This document shows positions 57,501 to 64,000 of a stretch of 64,000 bases of DNA, piece by piece; position 1 is the stretch's first letter, and every line of letters begins with the position of its first letter. The notes under the pieces were generated by a model. It saw only the letters and a program-made list of their open reading frames with translations. It did no database searches and was not told the DNA's origin. The stretch is from Bispira polyomma (taxonomy: Eukaryota): contig OZ287756.1 in the NCBI GenBank assembly GCA_965649765.1, positions 1,798,001 to 1,862,000 of the forward strand, written 5' to 3'. Made by a program: the position numbers and the translations under genes.

Positions 57501-60500
57501 ATCTGAACACAAAGCTTTTCTCTCCTATCAAATTTTTCTTTTCGATAATGATTGTGATGTTGTCTAGTTATTATTTACTATTACTTCATTTTTGCAATAA
57601 AGTCAGTTCTTACCTCTGCACTGTCTTTGTTCTCTTCTGTTCCATACACACTAATCTCTCCCCGTTCGATGTCAAGGTCCACAGTCATATCCTCAAATTT
57701 CTCCTCCATTGCCTCCTTATAGTCACAGGCCCTCAGGTACTTCATGTCATGCTTGGTGATATCGCAGAGTCTGTGTTTTGTCATTTTCTTCTTTCTTTCT
57801 TGCTTTCGTCTGATGTTTTCATTCGCCTGAAAGAAAGACAAAGGTCAGCATTTAATACCAACATAATTTTGTGTCAATTTAAGGTGTCTCTTAGCACCTT
57901 AATTTTGAACCCTATTATGTACCTGGAATATTGTAATAGGTAACTCTGCATGGTTTTATTGATGCAGCTACACGTGAATGGAACAAGCCTCCTGCTCATA
58001 TCTATAATCAGGCACGCCTGAGTGCATTCAAGAGAAACAAAAATCTTTTCACACAGGCCATTCGTCCTTTGGATATCTAATTACACACTCCACACCTTTT
58101 CTATGGATCCCATTATATACCTAGAATATTCTAATGGGTAGTACATGGTTGTCTTAGAGGAATCAATTAGCCGCCATAGAAACAATTCATTACATACACA
58201 AACAGTTTGTCTTGATGTACAGGTATAAAAAAGAGACATTATTGAATGATGACTGTAAAATGAAAGTGTGCGTATCCCCACAATGCAGAGGAGTTAACAG
58301 AGCCGGCTCTACTTCTCTAATTTTAAAGAAGTAAACAAGGGAGGTGACATATCAAGAGAAACTGTAAGGACCATTGGAATAAAGAATGAAATTCACCTTT
58401 TTGATCTTCTGCAAAGTATCCCTAACCGCTGTATCATTACCCGCCATTCTGACGAGTGCATTCTTCTTGTCCAAGACGAGCTTAACCTCGCTCTGTTCCA
58501 CGGTCATCTTGTCCACTATTTTCTGTATGTCCTCTACTGTCTCAGAAGACACCTCCACATGCTCTTCCATAAGGTCCACCAGGTAGCCCTGTAGACACTT
58601 CTTTACTGATTTTTCCCAGCTCTTAGCCAGACTCCGATAATTGGGGACGGCTTTGGTCAGGCAGCACACAACTGTCACCTCAGTACCCAACTTGGCCTCA
58701 TCTGTCCATTTCACCTCCCCATATTTCTTTTTCAAGTCCTCATTGATGTTTGCACTGAGCTTGGGCGACTGCATAATATAGGCCAGGATCAGCTCGTTCT
58801 CCACATCAAAGTGCATTTCTTTAGGTATCTGTGACATGGGTTCGGAAGAGTCATGGCTCGGGGGTAGGAAACCTATGCATTGATGGTGCAGCTTTATTAC
58901 CACCTCTTGTTTCGTGATGGCATGGTGGGATTTCGCTTCAACTTTAGAGGCATCTAAATTACAAAAAACAAACACTGTAACAACATACCGTATTCGACGT
59001 AATTAGCGCACAGTGCCCTTAGAAAAACAAATTACCCCTATAAATGAGGTTTTAAGTGTTTCCTAATAACTGCCCAGGCCTACAAAAATACCATATCTGT
59101 CTCTTCATAGATGAAATGTCTGGGGACCCCATGTAGAAACATATCAGTGCCTGTATTATGGTGATCCTAGTCCTTTATATACAAGTATACAATGTCAAGT
59201 TACACCTTAAACTAAGACCCCAAAAAATGTGTAAATAATGTCACTACAGGATAAAAATATTATATAATTATTCCCAAGCCAAAACATAACTGGTTTGATT
59301 GAATACAGATGAATTAAAAATGTGAAGTGAATAAGTCTGCAGCAATTTTTATTTAGTTTAAGGCTGATTCTTGGTTTTTAAAATATATAGTATATCTTTT
59401 GCAGATGTGTTCATGCTGGTAAATTTTACAATCCATCTGATAACAGAAAGCTCAACAATGAAGTATTACTATTAAAATTTGCTGTAAAACTAAAAGTTAT
59501 TGAAAAATTTGTTTGGTAACTTTACTTGCTTACTCTCTTATTGTCAGTATGATAAATTCTCTTAGTTTTTAAAGACATAACTATTTGAAACCTCTACAGC
59601 CTACAACAAGAAATAAAATGTGTACTTGGCGAATGAAACTTAAAGCAAAATTTTGATCATTTACTATGAATTTTTACCGGATTTTAATGGCCATTTGCTG
59701 CAGTCAATGGCCATTTGCTGTAGTTAATGGCAGGACAGAAATAGTAACCTTGATTGGGCTTGTATTTCACACCATTGATCTAAATATATATTAATTTATT
59801 TAAATTTAACATTATTGTTTCAATAATATATTAAAGATTATATTCTAATTACATTAATCATGCTAAAGTAGCTAAACTAAGTGGAAGTTATTATTTTGCC
59901 ACCAATGGGTGTGTATACTAATTTTCCTAAATACAATAAAGTTGAGCCTTAAATATCTTTGAACAGGGCTACTTTAGCAGTCACTTTCTTCAGTGTTCAA
60001 ATTTATGACTAGTTTCTAGCTTTGTAAACCTGAGTGCAGGAATATTGCGTCTGTTACTATTACAAGTTTACTTTCACAGGCACTAAAAGTCTTGATAGCA
60101 GTTATTAATTTGTATTAGAAATAACCCAAGTACTAACTCAGAATTGTATATAGTATTTATTGCAGTCACTTGCAAAATAGTTTTATTTTAAAAATAGCAG
60201 TAGAATTATCTTTTCCCTCTTTCAAATTCTCATTTGGATAGGTACATGCTGATACTTAACATAAGGCTGAAGTTATATCTCAAATAGAGAACCATACCAA
60301 ACATAAAATTAGGGGATGTGCGGTTAATGGGGCATGTGCGGCAATTACGTCGAATACGGCATGTTATTTCTTCTGTGGTACTCATTCTTGGGATTGATTG
60401 TGTCTGAAATTATTGATCAACCAAAACAATTTTAGTCGAAAACATTTAAGACTTTAAGACATCATTTAACCAACTTGCCCCAAACAATGGAAAAATTTGG

Positions 60501-63500
60501 CATATTGTTGTAAATACCTAATTTGTAGCAGATTCTGGCTTGGACCTAAAGCTCCACTGTGTTTTAGTTTACAATAAAGCTAAACAATTATTTGCCCAGT
60601 TTTGAAAGGGAAAGATGTTTGTCGGATCCATCAAATTATATTGGTTGGATCAGATTAGGTATATTTTCAGGTCTTATTAGCACAAGCAAGCGTCCAATTA
60701 AAGAAGGTACATTTTATTTCAGTAGAGGTAAAATATAAAGTAAACAAGACAAAGGTTTCTAACAGACAGTACATGAAAAGGTTTTAAAGATTTTGACCGT
60801 TCTTGATCCAATCGCTACACAATAAATGAAAACCACTTGGGTATATATATATATATCGATATACACACATTTAATCCACTAGTAAAAGAAATGAAGCATT
60901 TTAGTATATACCTGAGTAATTTTTAAATGTAACCAGAACACATTCCTTTTCTTTCAGTGGTTTTATCTCTTCTACGTCTCCTCCACTAGACTTCTGCTTG
61001 TTTTCAAAGTACATACGAATTGTATGTGTTGTCAGCAACTTTGGTGTAAATGTTCCATACACCTGCATTTAGAAAAAAACACCCATCACCCATGCAAACT
61101 TGTACATATCTTTAGACATGATATGGTCACTTCTACATGAATAGGTAATCACTTTTGGTCATTGCTGTGGATTAAAGATATGTCATCGTTTATCTGATAC
61201 ATATATGAGTCAGTAGTTTTCCCGTAATTCTGGTGACAAATGAAGATACGAGACAATGTTGCCGAACACAAACAAAGACTCTCTGGGGACTGACCATTGA
61301 ACCACTCAAAGGATAGATCATCAGCTTCTCAAAGACTACATGAAAGGCTGAAACAGAACTCAATTCCAATACACCATAGAAAGAATCATGCTGTGATATT
61401 ATACTGCTTATGAAAACAAGGTTGCTCCAAAGATCGTATGAAAAACAAGTCGGCTTATAGACCTCAAAAAGACAAGTTGCGCAATTGGTACCAGGGATAA
61501 AGTCCAGCAATAAATTTCAAGTTTATTTTTTTGTAGCGGCCATCTTGTTTTTCGGAATGGGCCCAAATACAATCCCAACCAAGCTATTGACATGATACAC
61601 CTCCACCACAATTTTGGTGATGATATCTCAAAAAAATATCCTTTAAATGTCCATATACAAAAATGTTGACGGACGTCGGACACATTAATCTAACAGGTGC
61701 ATTGGTTACACGCAACCTGCCCAAAACACATCTTCTGATCTATATTGTTCACTGTCTGTGACACAAATATGGTAAAGGGTATACAATCCATCTCTCGACC
61801 TTAAAGTTGTTGTCTCTCAACGATCCTCCTACCTTGCTACTTGTCTTGACTACAGTCATTTTAAAAGAGAAAAGAGACTTTCAGTTTCCTCTGTAAACTC
61901 ACAAAAAGGCTGGATTTAGAGCTTTCTCAATCGCTGCCCCTATGTTATAGAATAGTCTCCCACTTTCTGGTTTTAGAAGAACACTTTAAATATATCTATT
62001 TAAAGTGGATTACCACCTTAGTTCCGTCCCTGCTCACCCTTACATTCCTCCTTACAACCTGGCTATGTTTTTGGACTTCTCAATTGGTTAGTCGAGTCTG
62101 TGGTTTTACTTTAAAAGATGTGGTGCATGTCTTTCATACTTAAAAGTTACAGGTCACCAAATCTGAACCATTATTTCATCAATTGTGGTTTCATGTAGAC
62201 ATATAGCAGCAAATTTCTAAGGGGTTTTCATATGCTCCAAGATGGCATACGTTTCTACATTGATCATAGTCAGCAAGAAAGTTGTCTGTTTACACAATGC
62301 ACCAGAAATTTGTCTGTTTACACAATGCAAATACTAACATAGACCTACTTGCAGACTGTCTGTCTGATGTCCCGGCGTGGATGAACTACTCCAAACTAAA
62401 ACTTAACCCAGACAAAACAGAATTCATTCTCATAGGAAACAAAAAAAAACAAAAAAACTCTAAAATCTTTGTTTCCCATCTCGAGCTGGGAAAAGACATA
62501 CTACCTTCCGATAATGCCAAAAACTTGGGTGTCACTTTTGATTCAGCTTTTTCGTTTGACACTCACATTGCCAACATCTGTTGGTCCTGCTATTACCATA
62601 TACTTGACATCAAAAGAAACCACCTGTCCATAGACACAGCGATAACTGTGGCAAATGCCCTTGTGAGTAGCCGCCTCGACTACTGCCACTCTCTCTTGTA
62701 CGGAGCAAACAAGTCACACATTAAAACCCTCCAGTCCATCCAAAACTACCTATGTAGGGTAATTTTTTGCCTGGGTTGTCACTCCTTACCTCAAAAAATT
62801 ACACTGGCTGCCCATTCGGTTTCGCATTTTGTTCAAGATTAACGTTACTATTTTTAAGGCTGTAGTCACTCAACAGCCACCCTACCTTGCCTCCTTTCTC
62901 TCCTTCAGTAACTGCAAGAGAGGCAACAGACTCTCGGTCTTTTCGGTCAGACCAATCAGGAAGGCGGAATTCAAAGCGTTCTCCACTGCAGCTACACGGT
63001 TATGGAACAGTCTCCCAGTCGACCTCAGATCCGTTGACACACTTATTGGTTTTAGGAAAATGCTTAAAACCTATCTTTTTAACCTTACCTACCCACCTTA
63101 GCTTCCCCTCGTGCACTCTCCCACTTCCTTCCCTACGACTTTGCAATGTCCATGGAGTTAATGATTGGACCAATGATTCTGCTATTGCGCTTTAGAAGAT
63201 GCCTAGCATCAATAAAGCGCGTTAAAAATCGATAATAATAATAATAATGTCCAAGGAACCTCTATTCAATGGATTAATACTCTGGTCACTATTTCTACTA
63301 CTACTAATTCTAGTGCTATTTCTTATTATCAACCTCTGCTGATCCAAAATTGTTTTTCTCAATCAGATGTAAGTGTTCTCAAGCAACAGTAACTCACCTG
63401 GTTCATCTTTAAATCTAACCAGCGCCTTTCCTTGTTCCATACCATAGATAACTTCTTGAACAGCTGTTTGAGCAATATTCTCAAAAAGATCTACCACTGT

Positions 63501-63527
63501 GTCTGTTTCAATGGCTTCTGAGAAGCT
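15602..63527 (-). CDS. PARP14: PARP14-like mono-ADP-ribosyltransferase (RRM-like/KH-like/3x macro/WWE/ART), spliced, 5'-incomplete in window
   Basis: Hand-traced chain of GT-AG exons with matching phases except at two junctions (see findings). Translations give macro motifs (VDVIVNT, AFPAVGTG, QGDLT..DVIVNSTN, FPALGAG), a WWE domain and an ART domain (LWHGT, GFNRSFCGKNG, YGKGVYFA, YPEYLITY). Exons 61062 to 15602 sum to 4953 nt (1650 aa + stop) if the 67-nt candidate exon is included. The PARP14 label is inferred from domain order; one-to-one orthology is untested. Confidence 0.93.
17025..17202 (-). CDS. PARP14: PARP14-like exon, ART domain (IKRIQNP...LWHGT...GFNRSFCGKN)
   Basis: Within ORF 17002..17310; catalytic His motif HGT. 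Confidence 0.95.
17703..17860 (-). CDS. PARP14: PARP14-like exon, ART domain start (LPETWTDMD...DYELVERKF)
   Basis: Within ORF 17586..17906; P..W..M motif; GT|GTGAGT donor. Confidence 0.93.
18240..18444 (-). CDS. PARP14: PARP14-like exon, WWE domain (VKWQYLDDDDYESYPPEINLLIEKAH...FRVDFGTMQE...VRR)
   Basis: WWE consensus WQY...Y......IE.A...Y/F.VDF..M.E...V.R; CAG|GTAAGA donor. Confidence 0.93.
19610..19804 (-). CDS. PARP14: PARP14-like exon, KH-like segment before WWE
   Basis: Within ORF 19571..19858; CC|GTAAGC donor. Confidence 0.9.
20575..21415 (+). repeat. Interspersed non-autonomous repeat, copy 1 (related to 54165..55355)
   Basis: Collinear similarity over about 800 bp, e.g. AGTCAATTAT(A/C)ACCAGATT, CAAACTAGA, ATCCCAATAGTTTCC, TTCAAGGGACAC. 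Confidence 0.85.
21503..21545. repeat. (TA)n microsatellite
   Basis: Directly visible. Confidence 0.95.
21598..23135 (-). mobile_element. Decayed, internally deleted L2/CR1-type LINE with (AAT)n-tail family 3' end
   Basis: KKLHWLPDQYRILFKINVTTFK...FSIAAPLLWN, SIISENKHNSKNIWASINKI; 3' UTR is the reverse-complement match of 63100..63250. Confidence 0.85.
23140..25250 (-). mobile_element. Internally deleted L2/CR1-type LINE keeping its 5' region, NPGP motif, APE endonuclease start and RT C-terminus
   Basis: SINPGPPASMLKIGMFTARSVRNK...DLDVAAVSEMWL (APE N-terminus); GVPQGSALGPLLFSM; DYCNSLLYS...HWPLVKQCILFK; 5' boundary approximate. Confidence 0.8.
25957..26061 (-). CDS. PARP14: PARP14-like exon (AVEQLDKICAEECQEMVLGEKKDEASKIAKLTPGQ)
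   Basis: ttttcatag acceptor, CAG|GTATGT donor, phase 0 to 0. Confidence 0.87.
26732..26898 (-). CDS. PARP14: PARP14-like exon, acidic linker and start of KH-like segment (SDEASEGEEEEDE...LEIFGFEMKNINS)
   Basis: ccttttacag acceptor, CA|GTAAGT donor, phase 1 to 0. Confidence 0.87.
27560..27660 (-). CDS. PARP14: PARP14-like exon (KVVILDMHMFGEWQQEFYHIAASAGSRKRGFLTK)
   Basis: ttttccatttgcag acceptor, AG|GTTAGT donor, phase 2 to 1. Confidence 0.85.
27870..28080 (-). mobile_element. SINE-like repeat (family also at 39840..39915, 41335..41495, 48030..48215, 53895..54120)
   Basis: Shared block AGCTTAGGTCATATC..GATGG.CAGAT; the AAACCACTGACC..GCAAGTAC block of other copies is degenerate here. Confidence 0.55.
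28321..28420 (-). CDS. PARP14: PARP14-like exon, macro3 end (GAMKMSPAIMSDTMLDAIADFFRNEKPRYLKTI)
   Basis: Hand translation; AA|GTAAGT donor, phase 1 to 2. Confidence 0.88.
28608..29282. mobile_element. PIF/Harbinger (Tourist-like) MITE, 675 bp
   Basis: Perfect 14-bp TIR AATGGTGGTTCCAC / GTGGAACCACCATT, flanked by TTA on both sides (28605-28607, 29283-29285). Confidence 0.9.
29447..29623 (-). CDS. PARP14: PARP14-like exon, macro3 (ITGAGRMGCKKVIH...SIAFPALGAG)
   Basis: Within ORF 29358..29630; splice sites and phases consistent. Confidence 0.92.
30145..30225 (-). mobile_element. Very short 3' stub of the (AAT)n-tailed L2 family
   Basis: Reverse-complement match to 63175..63250. Confidence 0.75.
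31730..31798 (-). CDS. PARP14: PARP14-like exon, macro3 (DSPLSKAILKAGGQQFESECQEK)
   Basis: SKAIL.AGG...EC motif; cttttag acceptor, AG|GTAAGT donor. Confidence 0.9.
32328..32637 (-). CDS. PARP14: PARP14-like exon, linker and start of macro3 (IEVVQGDLTRQKTDVIVNSTN)
   Basis: Within ORF 32320..32649; TG|GTGGGT donor gives the phase needed by the next exon. Confidence 0.92.
33947..34168 (-). CDS. PARP14: PARP14-like exon, macro2 (SMAFPAVGTGNLGCP)
   Basis: Overlaps ORF 33884..34117; ttgttgtag acceptor, AAG|GTAAGG donor. Confidence 0.93.
34343..34688. repeat. Minisatellite, 86-bp unit x4, near-identical
   Basis: Units start at 34343, 34429, 34515 and 34601 (GATTGCTTGCCGAGAACATAGAGG...); I saw one substitution, in copy 2. 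Confidence 0.95.
35918..36040 (-). CDS. PARP14: PARP14-like exon, macro2 (ILDTTGFHEGMIAETSGGWLDCKKVYHISCTKWTDNEKSAK)
   Basis: TSGG.L.CK.V.H motif; AAG|GTGAGC donor. Confidence 0.9.
37022..38988 (+). mobile_element. 5'-truncated, young L2/CR1-type LINE (RT ORF2) with (TAGAT)n tail, antisense in a PARP intron
   Basis: One reading frame 37022..38833 broken by a single TAA at 38072-38074 (WMAAN*LKLNPEKTE); NYRPVS, LDLSAAFDTIDH, GVPQGSVLGP, FYADD; TAGAT repeats at about 38968-38988. Confidence 0.95.
39426..39536 (-). CDS. PARP14: PARP14-like exon, macro2 (VDVIVNTASSDLQLRVGRVSQSILTAAGDTLQDQCDR)
   Basis: Canonical macro DVIVN motif; phase 0 to 0. Confidence 0.92.
40811..41249. mobile_element. MITE with about 30-bp TIRs (Tc1/mariner-like), containing a tRNA-type SINE head at about 41088..41165
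   Basis: AGTTAAAAATTGTACACCATTTAAAAATAC and its inverted copy at 41220-41249 match at 29/30. Confidence 0.7.
41545..41654 (-). CDS. PARP14: PARP14-like exon, start of macrodomain 2 (TTPEGVKVKLVRGAIAKQS)
   Basis: Within ORF 41515..41817; donor CG|GTGAGT; an alternative in-phase acceptor lies 9 nt downstream. Confidence 0.88.
41881..41990 (-). mobile_element. Short 3' stub of the (AAT)n-tailed L2 family
   Basis: Reverse-complement match to 63140..63250. Confidence 0.75.
42131..43282 (-). mobile_element. HINE/Helentron-like non-autonomous element with terminal hairpin, (GCC)n microsatellite and about five ~145-bp internal tandem units
   Basis: Hairpin TGTATCCACCGG..CCGGTGTATACA at the left end; inverted GGTGGATACAAT near 43238; AAAAGTGCCTATATCT recurs at about 42533, 42675, 42821, 42959 and 43104. 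Confidence 0.7.
43290..45640 (+). repeat. Diverged tandem array of variable-length units (AAATCGCTCTATCTCGCACC / AAAATTCAAGATGGC), split by a LINE
   Basis: Motif recurs at about 43326, 43469, 43544, 43873, 45492 and 45596; related units at 20585 and 54255-54500. Confidence 0.75.
43900..45365 (-). mobile_element. 5'-truncated L2/CR1-type LINE RT fragment
   Basis: ORFs 44857..45396 and 44217..44918 (LDLSAAFDTIDH, GVPQGSVL, FYADD, KLKLNPDKTE, SRLDYCNS) joined by a frameshift. Confidence 0.93.
46476..46612 (-). CDS. PARP14: PARP14-like exon, end of macro1 (RDYCSRFASSSLSQLTIVKGPLDKPDNLKQIVSLLSPGQVAAFRIP)
   Basis: ttgttttcag acceptor, CAG|GTATGG donor, phase 2 to 1 consistent with neighbours. Confidence 0.85.
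47416..47557 (-). CDS. PARP14: PARP14-like exon, macrodomain 1 C-terminal half
   Basis: Within ORF 47394..47717; ttttctcag acceptor, AG|GTATAT donor. Confidence 0.88.
47860..48003 (-). CDS. PARP14: PARP14-like exon, macrodomain 1 (AGCSILKECSDHVTTHGNLRVGEVYVSGAGDLSFQRIVHVVFP)
   Basis: Hand translation gives the macro core pattern EC..V...G.L..G.V....AG.L....IVHVV.P; phase 1 to 1. Confidence 0.9.
48030..48215 (-). mobile_element. SINE-like repeat
   Basis: Reverse-complement similarity to 53895..54120; direct similarity to 41335..41495. Confidence 0.6.
48996..49221 (-). CDS. PARP14: PARP14-like exon, start of macrodomain 1
   Basis: Within ORF 48970..49221; ctctag acceptor, CAG|GTAACA donor. 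Confidence 0.88.
49480..49720 (+). mobile_element. tRNA-derived SINE-like remnant
   Basis: B-box-like GGTTCGATTCCC at about 49557; AAT-rich tail at about 49714-49724. Confidence 0.45.
50579..50754 (-). CDS. PARP14: PARP14-like exon (GVSIKGSQEGIKAAKEEI...KKPGMPTYF)
   Basis: Within ORF 50513..50773; ctttgtag acceptor, CAG|GTAAAT donor; KPG motif typical just before macro1. Confidence 0.9.
51165..52330. repeat. Pair of diverged direct repeats (51165..51460 and 52140..52330) flanking one PARP exon
   Basis: ATATGAAAACTCCAG(G/T)AGTTAC(T/A)GGAATTTGCAATGTTTTT and AATTCTTTATGGTAT present in both. Confidence 0.8.
51592..51803 (-). CDS. PARP14: PARP14-like exon (KH-like region)
   Basis: Within ORF 51533..51826; gtgtttag acceptor, CAG|GTAGGC donor. 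Confidence 0.88.
52944..53010 (-). CDS. Candidate 67-nt PARP14-like exon (KMTILLVDCTWAVKNGLANNLNH)
   Basis: Open frame, phase 1 to 2 that closes the phase gap between its neighbours; weak AAG acceptor and CA|GTATAA donor. Confidence 0.25.
53274..53583 (-). CDS. PARP14: PARP14-like exon (KH-like region)
   Basis: Within ORF 53260..53583; tttatttag acceptor; donor CA|GTAAAC (position less certain). Confidence 0.85.
53895..54120 (+). mobile_element. SINE-like repeat
   Basis: tRNA-like head (GCCTTTCACC, shared with 41128) and tail CACTGGTTTCTTCCAC...ATATGACCTAAG shared with other copies. Confidence 0.6.
54165..55355 (+). repeat. Interspersed non-autonomous repeat, copy 2, with short inverted sub-termini (GCGTCCCTGAA / TTCAAGGGACAC)
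   Basis: Collinear with 20575..21415; includes two units of the 43290 array motif. Confidence 0.8.
56040..56810 (+). mobile_element. Highly decayed L2/CR1-type RT fragment
   Basis: LIDFSAAFNTINHKIL, FGVPPGSV, ADDTQIY, WMNHSKLNLN remnants in several frames. Confidence 0.75.
57614..57826 (-). CDS. PARP14: PARP14-like exon (KH-like region)
   Basis: Within ORF 57581..57841; ctttcag acceptor, GAG|GTAAGA donor, phase 0 to 0. Confidence 0.9.
58397..58953 (-). CDS. PARP14: PARP14-like exon (RRM/KH-like region)
   Basis: Within ORF 58352..58975; tttag acceptor, AAG|GTGAAT donor, phase 1 to 0. Confidence 0.9.
58988..60359. mobile_element. Non-autonomous Tc1/mariner (Tc2-like, CCGTA ends) DNA transposon, 1.37 kb
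   Basis: Perfect 17-bp TIR CCGTATTCGACGTAATT / AATTACGTCGAATACGG; TA on the left, CA (probably a mutated TA) on the right; no ORF. Confidence 0.85.
60912..61062 (-). CDS. PARP14: PARP14-like exon, RRM-like (VYGTFTPKLLTTHTIRMYFENKQKSSGGDVEEIKPLKEKECVLVTFKNYS)
   Basis: YFEN..SSGG motif typical of PARP14/PARP10-type RRM-like repeats; ttttctaaatgcag acceptor, CAG|GTATAT donor. Confidence 0.9.
61250..61335 (-). CDS. Candidate small PARP14-like exon (VFEKLMIYPLSGSMVSPQRVFVCVRQHCL)
   Basis: Polypyrimidine tract + TAG acceptor, open frame, phase 1 to 0 that would bridge the flanking exons; donor CTC|GTATCT is weak. Confidence 0.3.
61815..62130 (+). mobile_element. Decayed 3' fragment of the (AAT)n-tailed L2 family
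   Basis: PPYLA...RLSV...RAFSIAAP.L remnants, similar to 62870..63200. Confidence 0.65.
62320..63248 (+). mobile_element. 5'-truncated L2/CR1-type LINE 3' end with (AAT)n tail
   Basis: WMNYSKLKLNPDKTEFI, ANALVSSRLDYCHSLLYG, LWNSLP...LKTYLF; 3' UTR, AATAAA and (AAT)n. Confidence 0.92.
63398..63527 (-). CDS. PARP14: PARP14-like exon, RRM-like (SFSEAIETDTVVDLFENIAQTAVQEVIYGMEQGKALVRFKDEP)
   Basis: Open frame with strong CAG|GTGAGT donor; resembles the N-terminal RRM-like repeats of macro-PARPs; acceptor position less certain. Confidence 0.7.
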
Positions 63528-64000
63528 CTGGTCAGATACAGAACAATAAATTAATTTCTGATGTAATGAATTGACTTTGACATTGTCTCAATGCCATTAA
63601 TGTTGTAGATAATGTTAAACCTAAAAAACTAGTATGACAACAATATATGTGAAAATGATTTTAACATACCAAAATGGCATCAGGCTGGAATACTATTTAC
63701 AGCTGTCATAGTAGATAATAAAGAAACTTTCATCCAATAAAATAAAAAAAAATGTATAACATTGCATCATCTTCAGTTTTTGACTATTATAGGGTAAATG
63801 GGATGATAAGCAATTTATTACTCAGAAAAAACAATAACCAAAACTTTCAGCAATTGGGCTTAATACTTTCCGATCTCGTGGGAATATTAAAAAGGTCAAC
63901 TAAGGCTTCCTTTCAAACTGTCTGTGGTAATACTCTGAAATGGTTTCAGTACAAATTAATTCATAGAATCCTTAGAACGAAACAAGATCTGGGCCGCATA

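Overview
AT-rich animal (invertebrate, probably lophotrochozoan) genomic DNA, not prokaryotic. The main feature is a large multi-exon PARP14-like mono-ADP-ribosyltransferase gene on the minus strand. It runs from the stop codon at 15602 to at least 63527, and its 5' end lies beyond the window. I traced 26 well-supported GT-AG exons and 2 weak candidate exons by hand. The domain order is RRM-like, KH-like, three macrodomains, KH-like, WWE, then an ART domain with an H-Y-I triad. Macrodomain 1 has lost its ADP-ribose-binding and hydrolase motifs, and a second, out-of-frame PEY(I/L)ITY copy follows the stop codon. The introns and downstream flank are full of transposon relics: L2/CR1-type LINEs (one nearly intact, one with a 2A-like NPGP motif before its endonuclease), a DIRS-order tyrosine-recombinase retrotransposon remnant, an internally deleted PIF/Harbinger (transposase N-terminus plus MADF gene) inserted in a LINE at TAA, a Harbinger MITE, Tc1/mariner-type MITEs, HINE-like elements with internal tandem arrays, SINEs, and an 86-bp x4 tandem repeat. 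I see no strong evidence of a wholly new biological system. The best leads are the probably hydrolase-dead macro1, the duplicated ART C-terminal motif and the 2A-like LINE motif.
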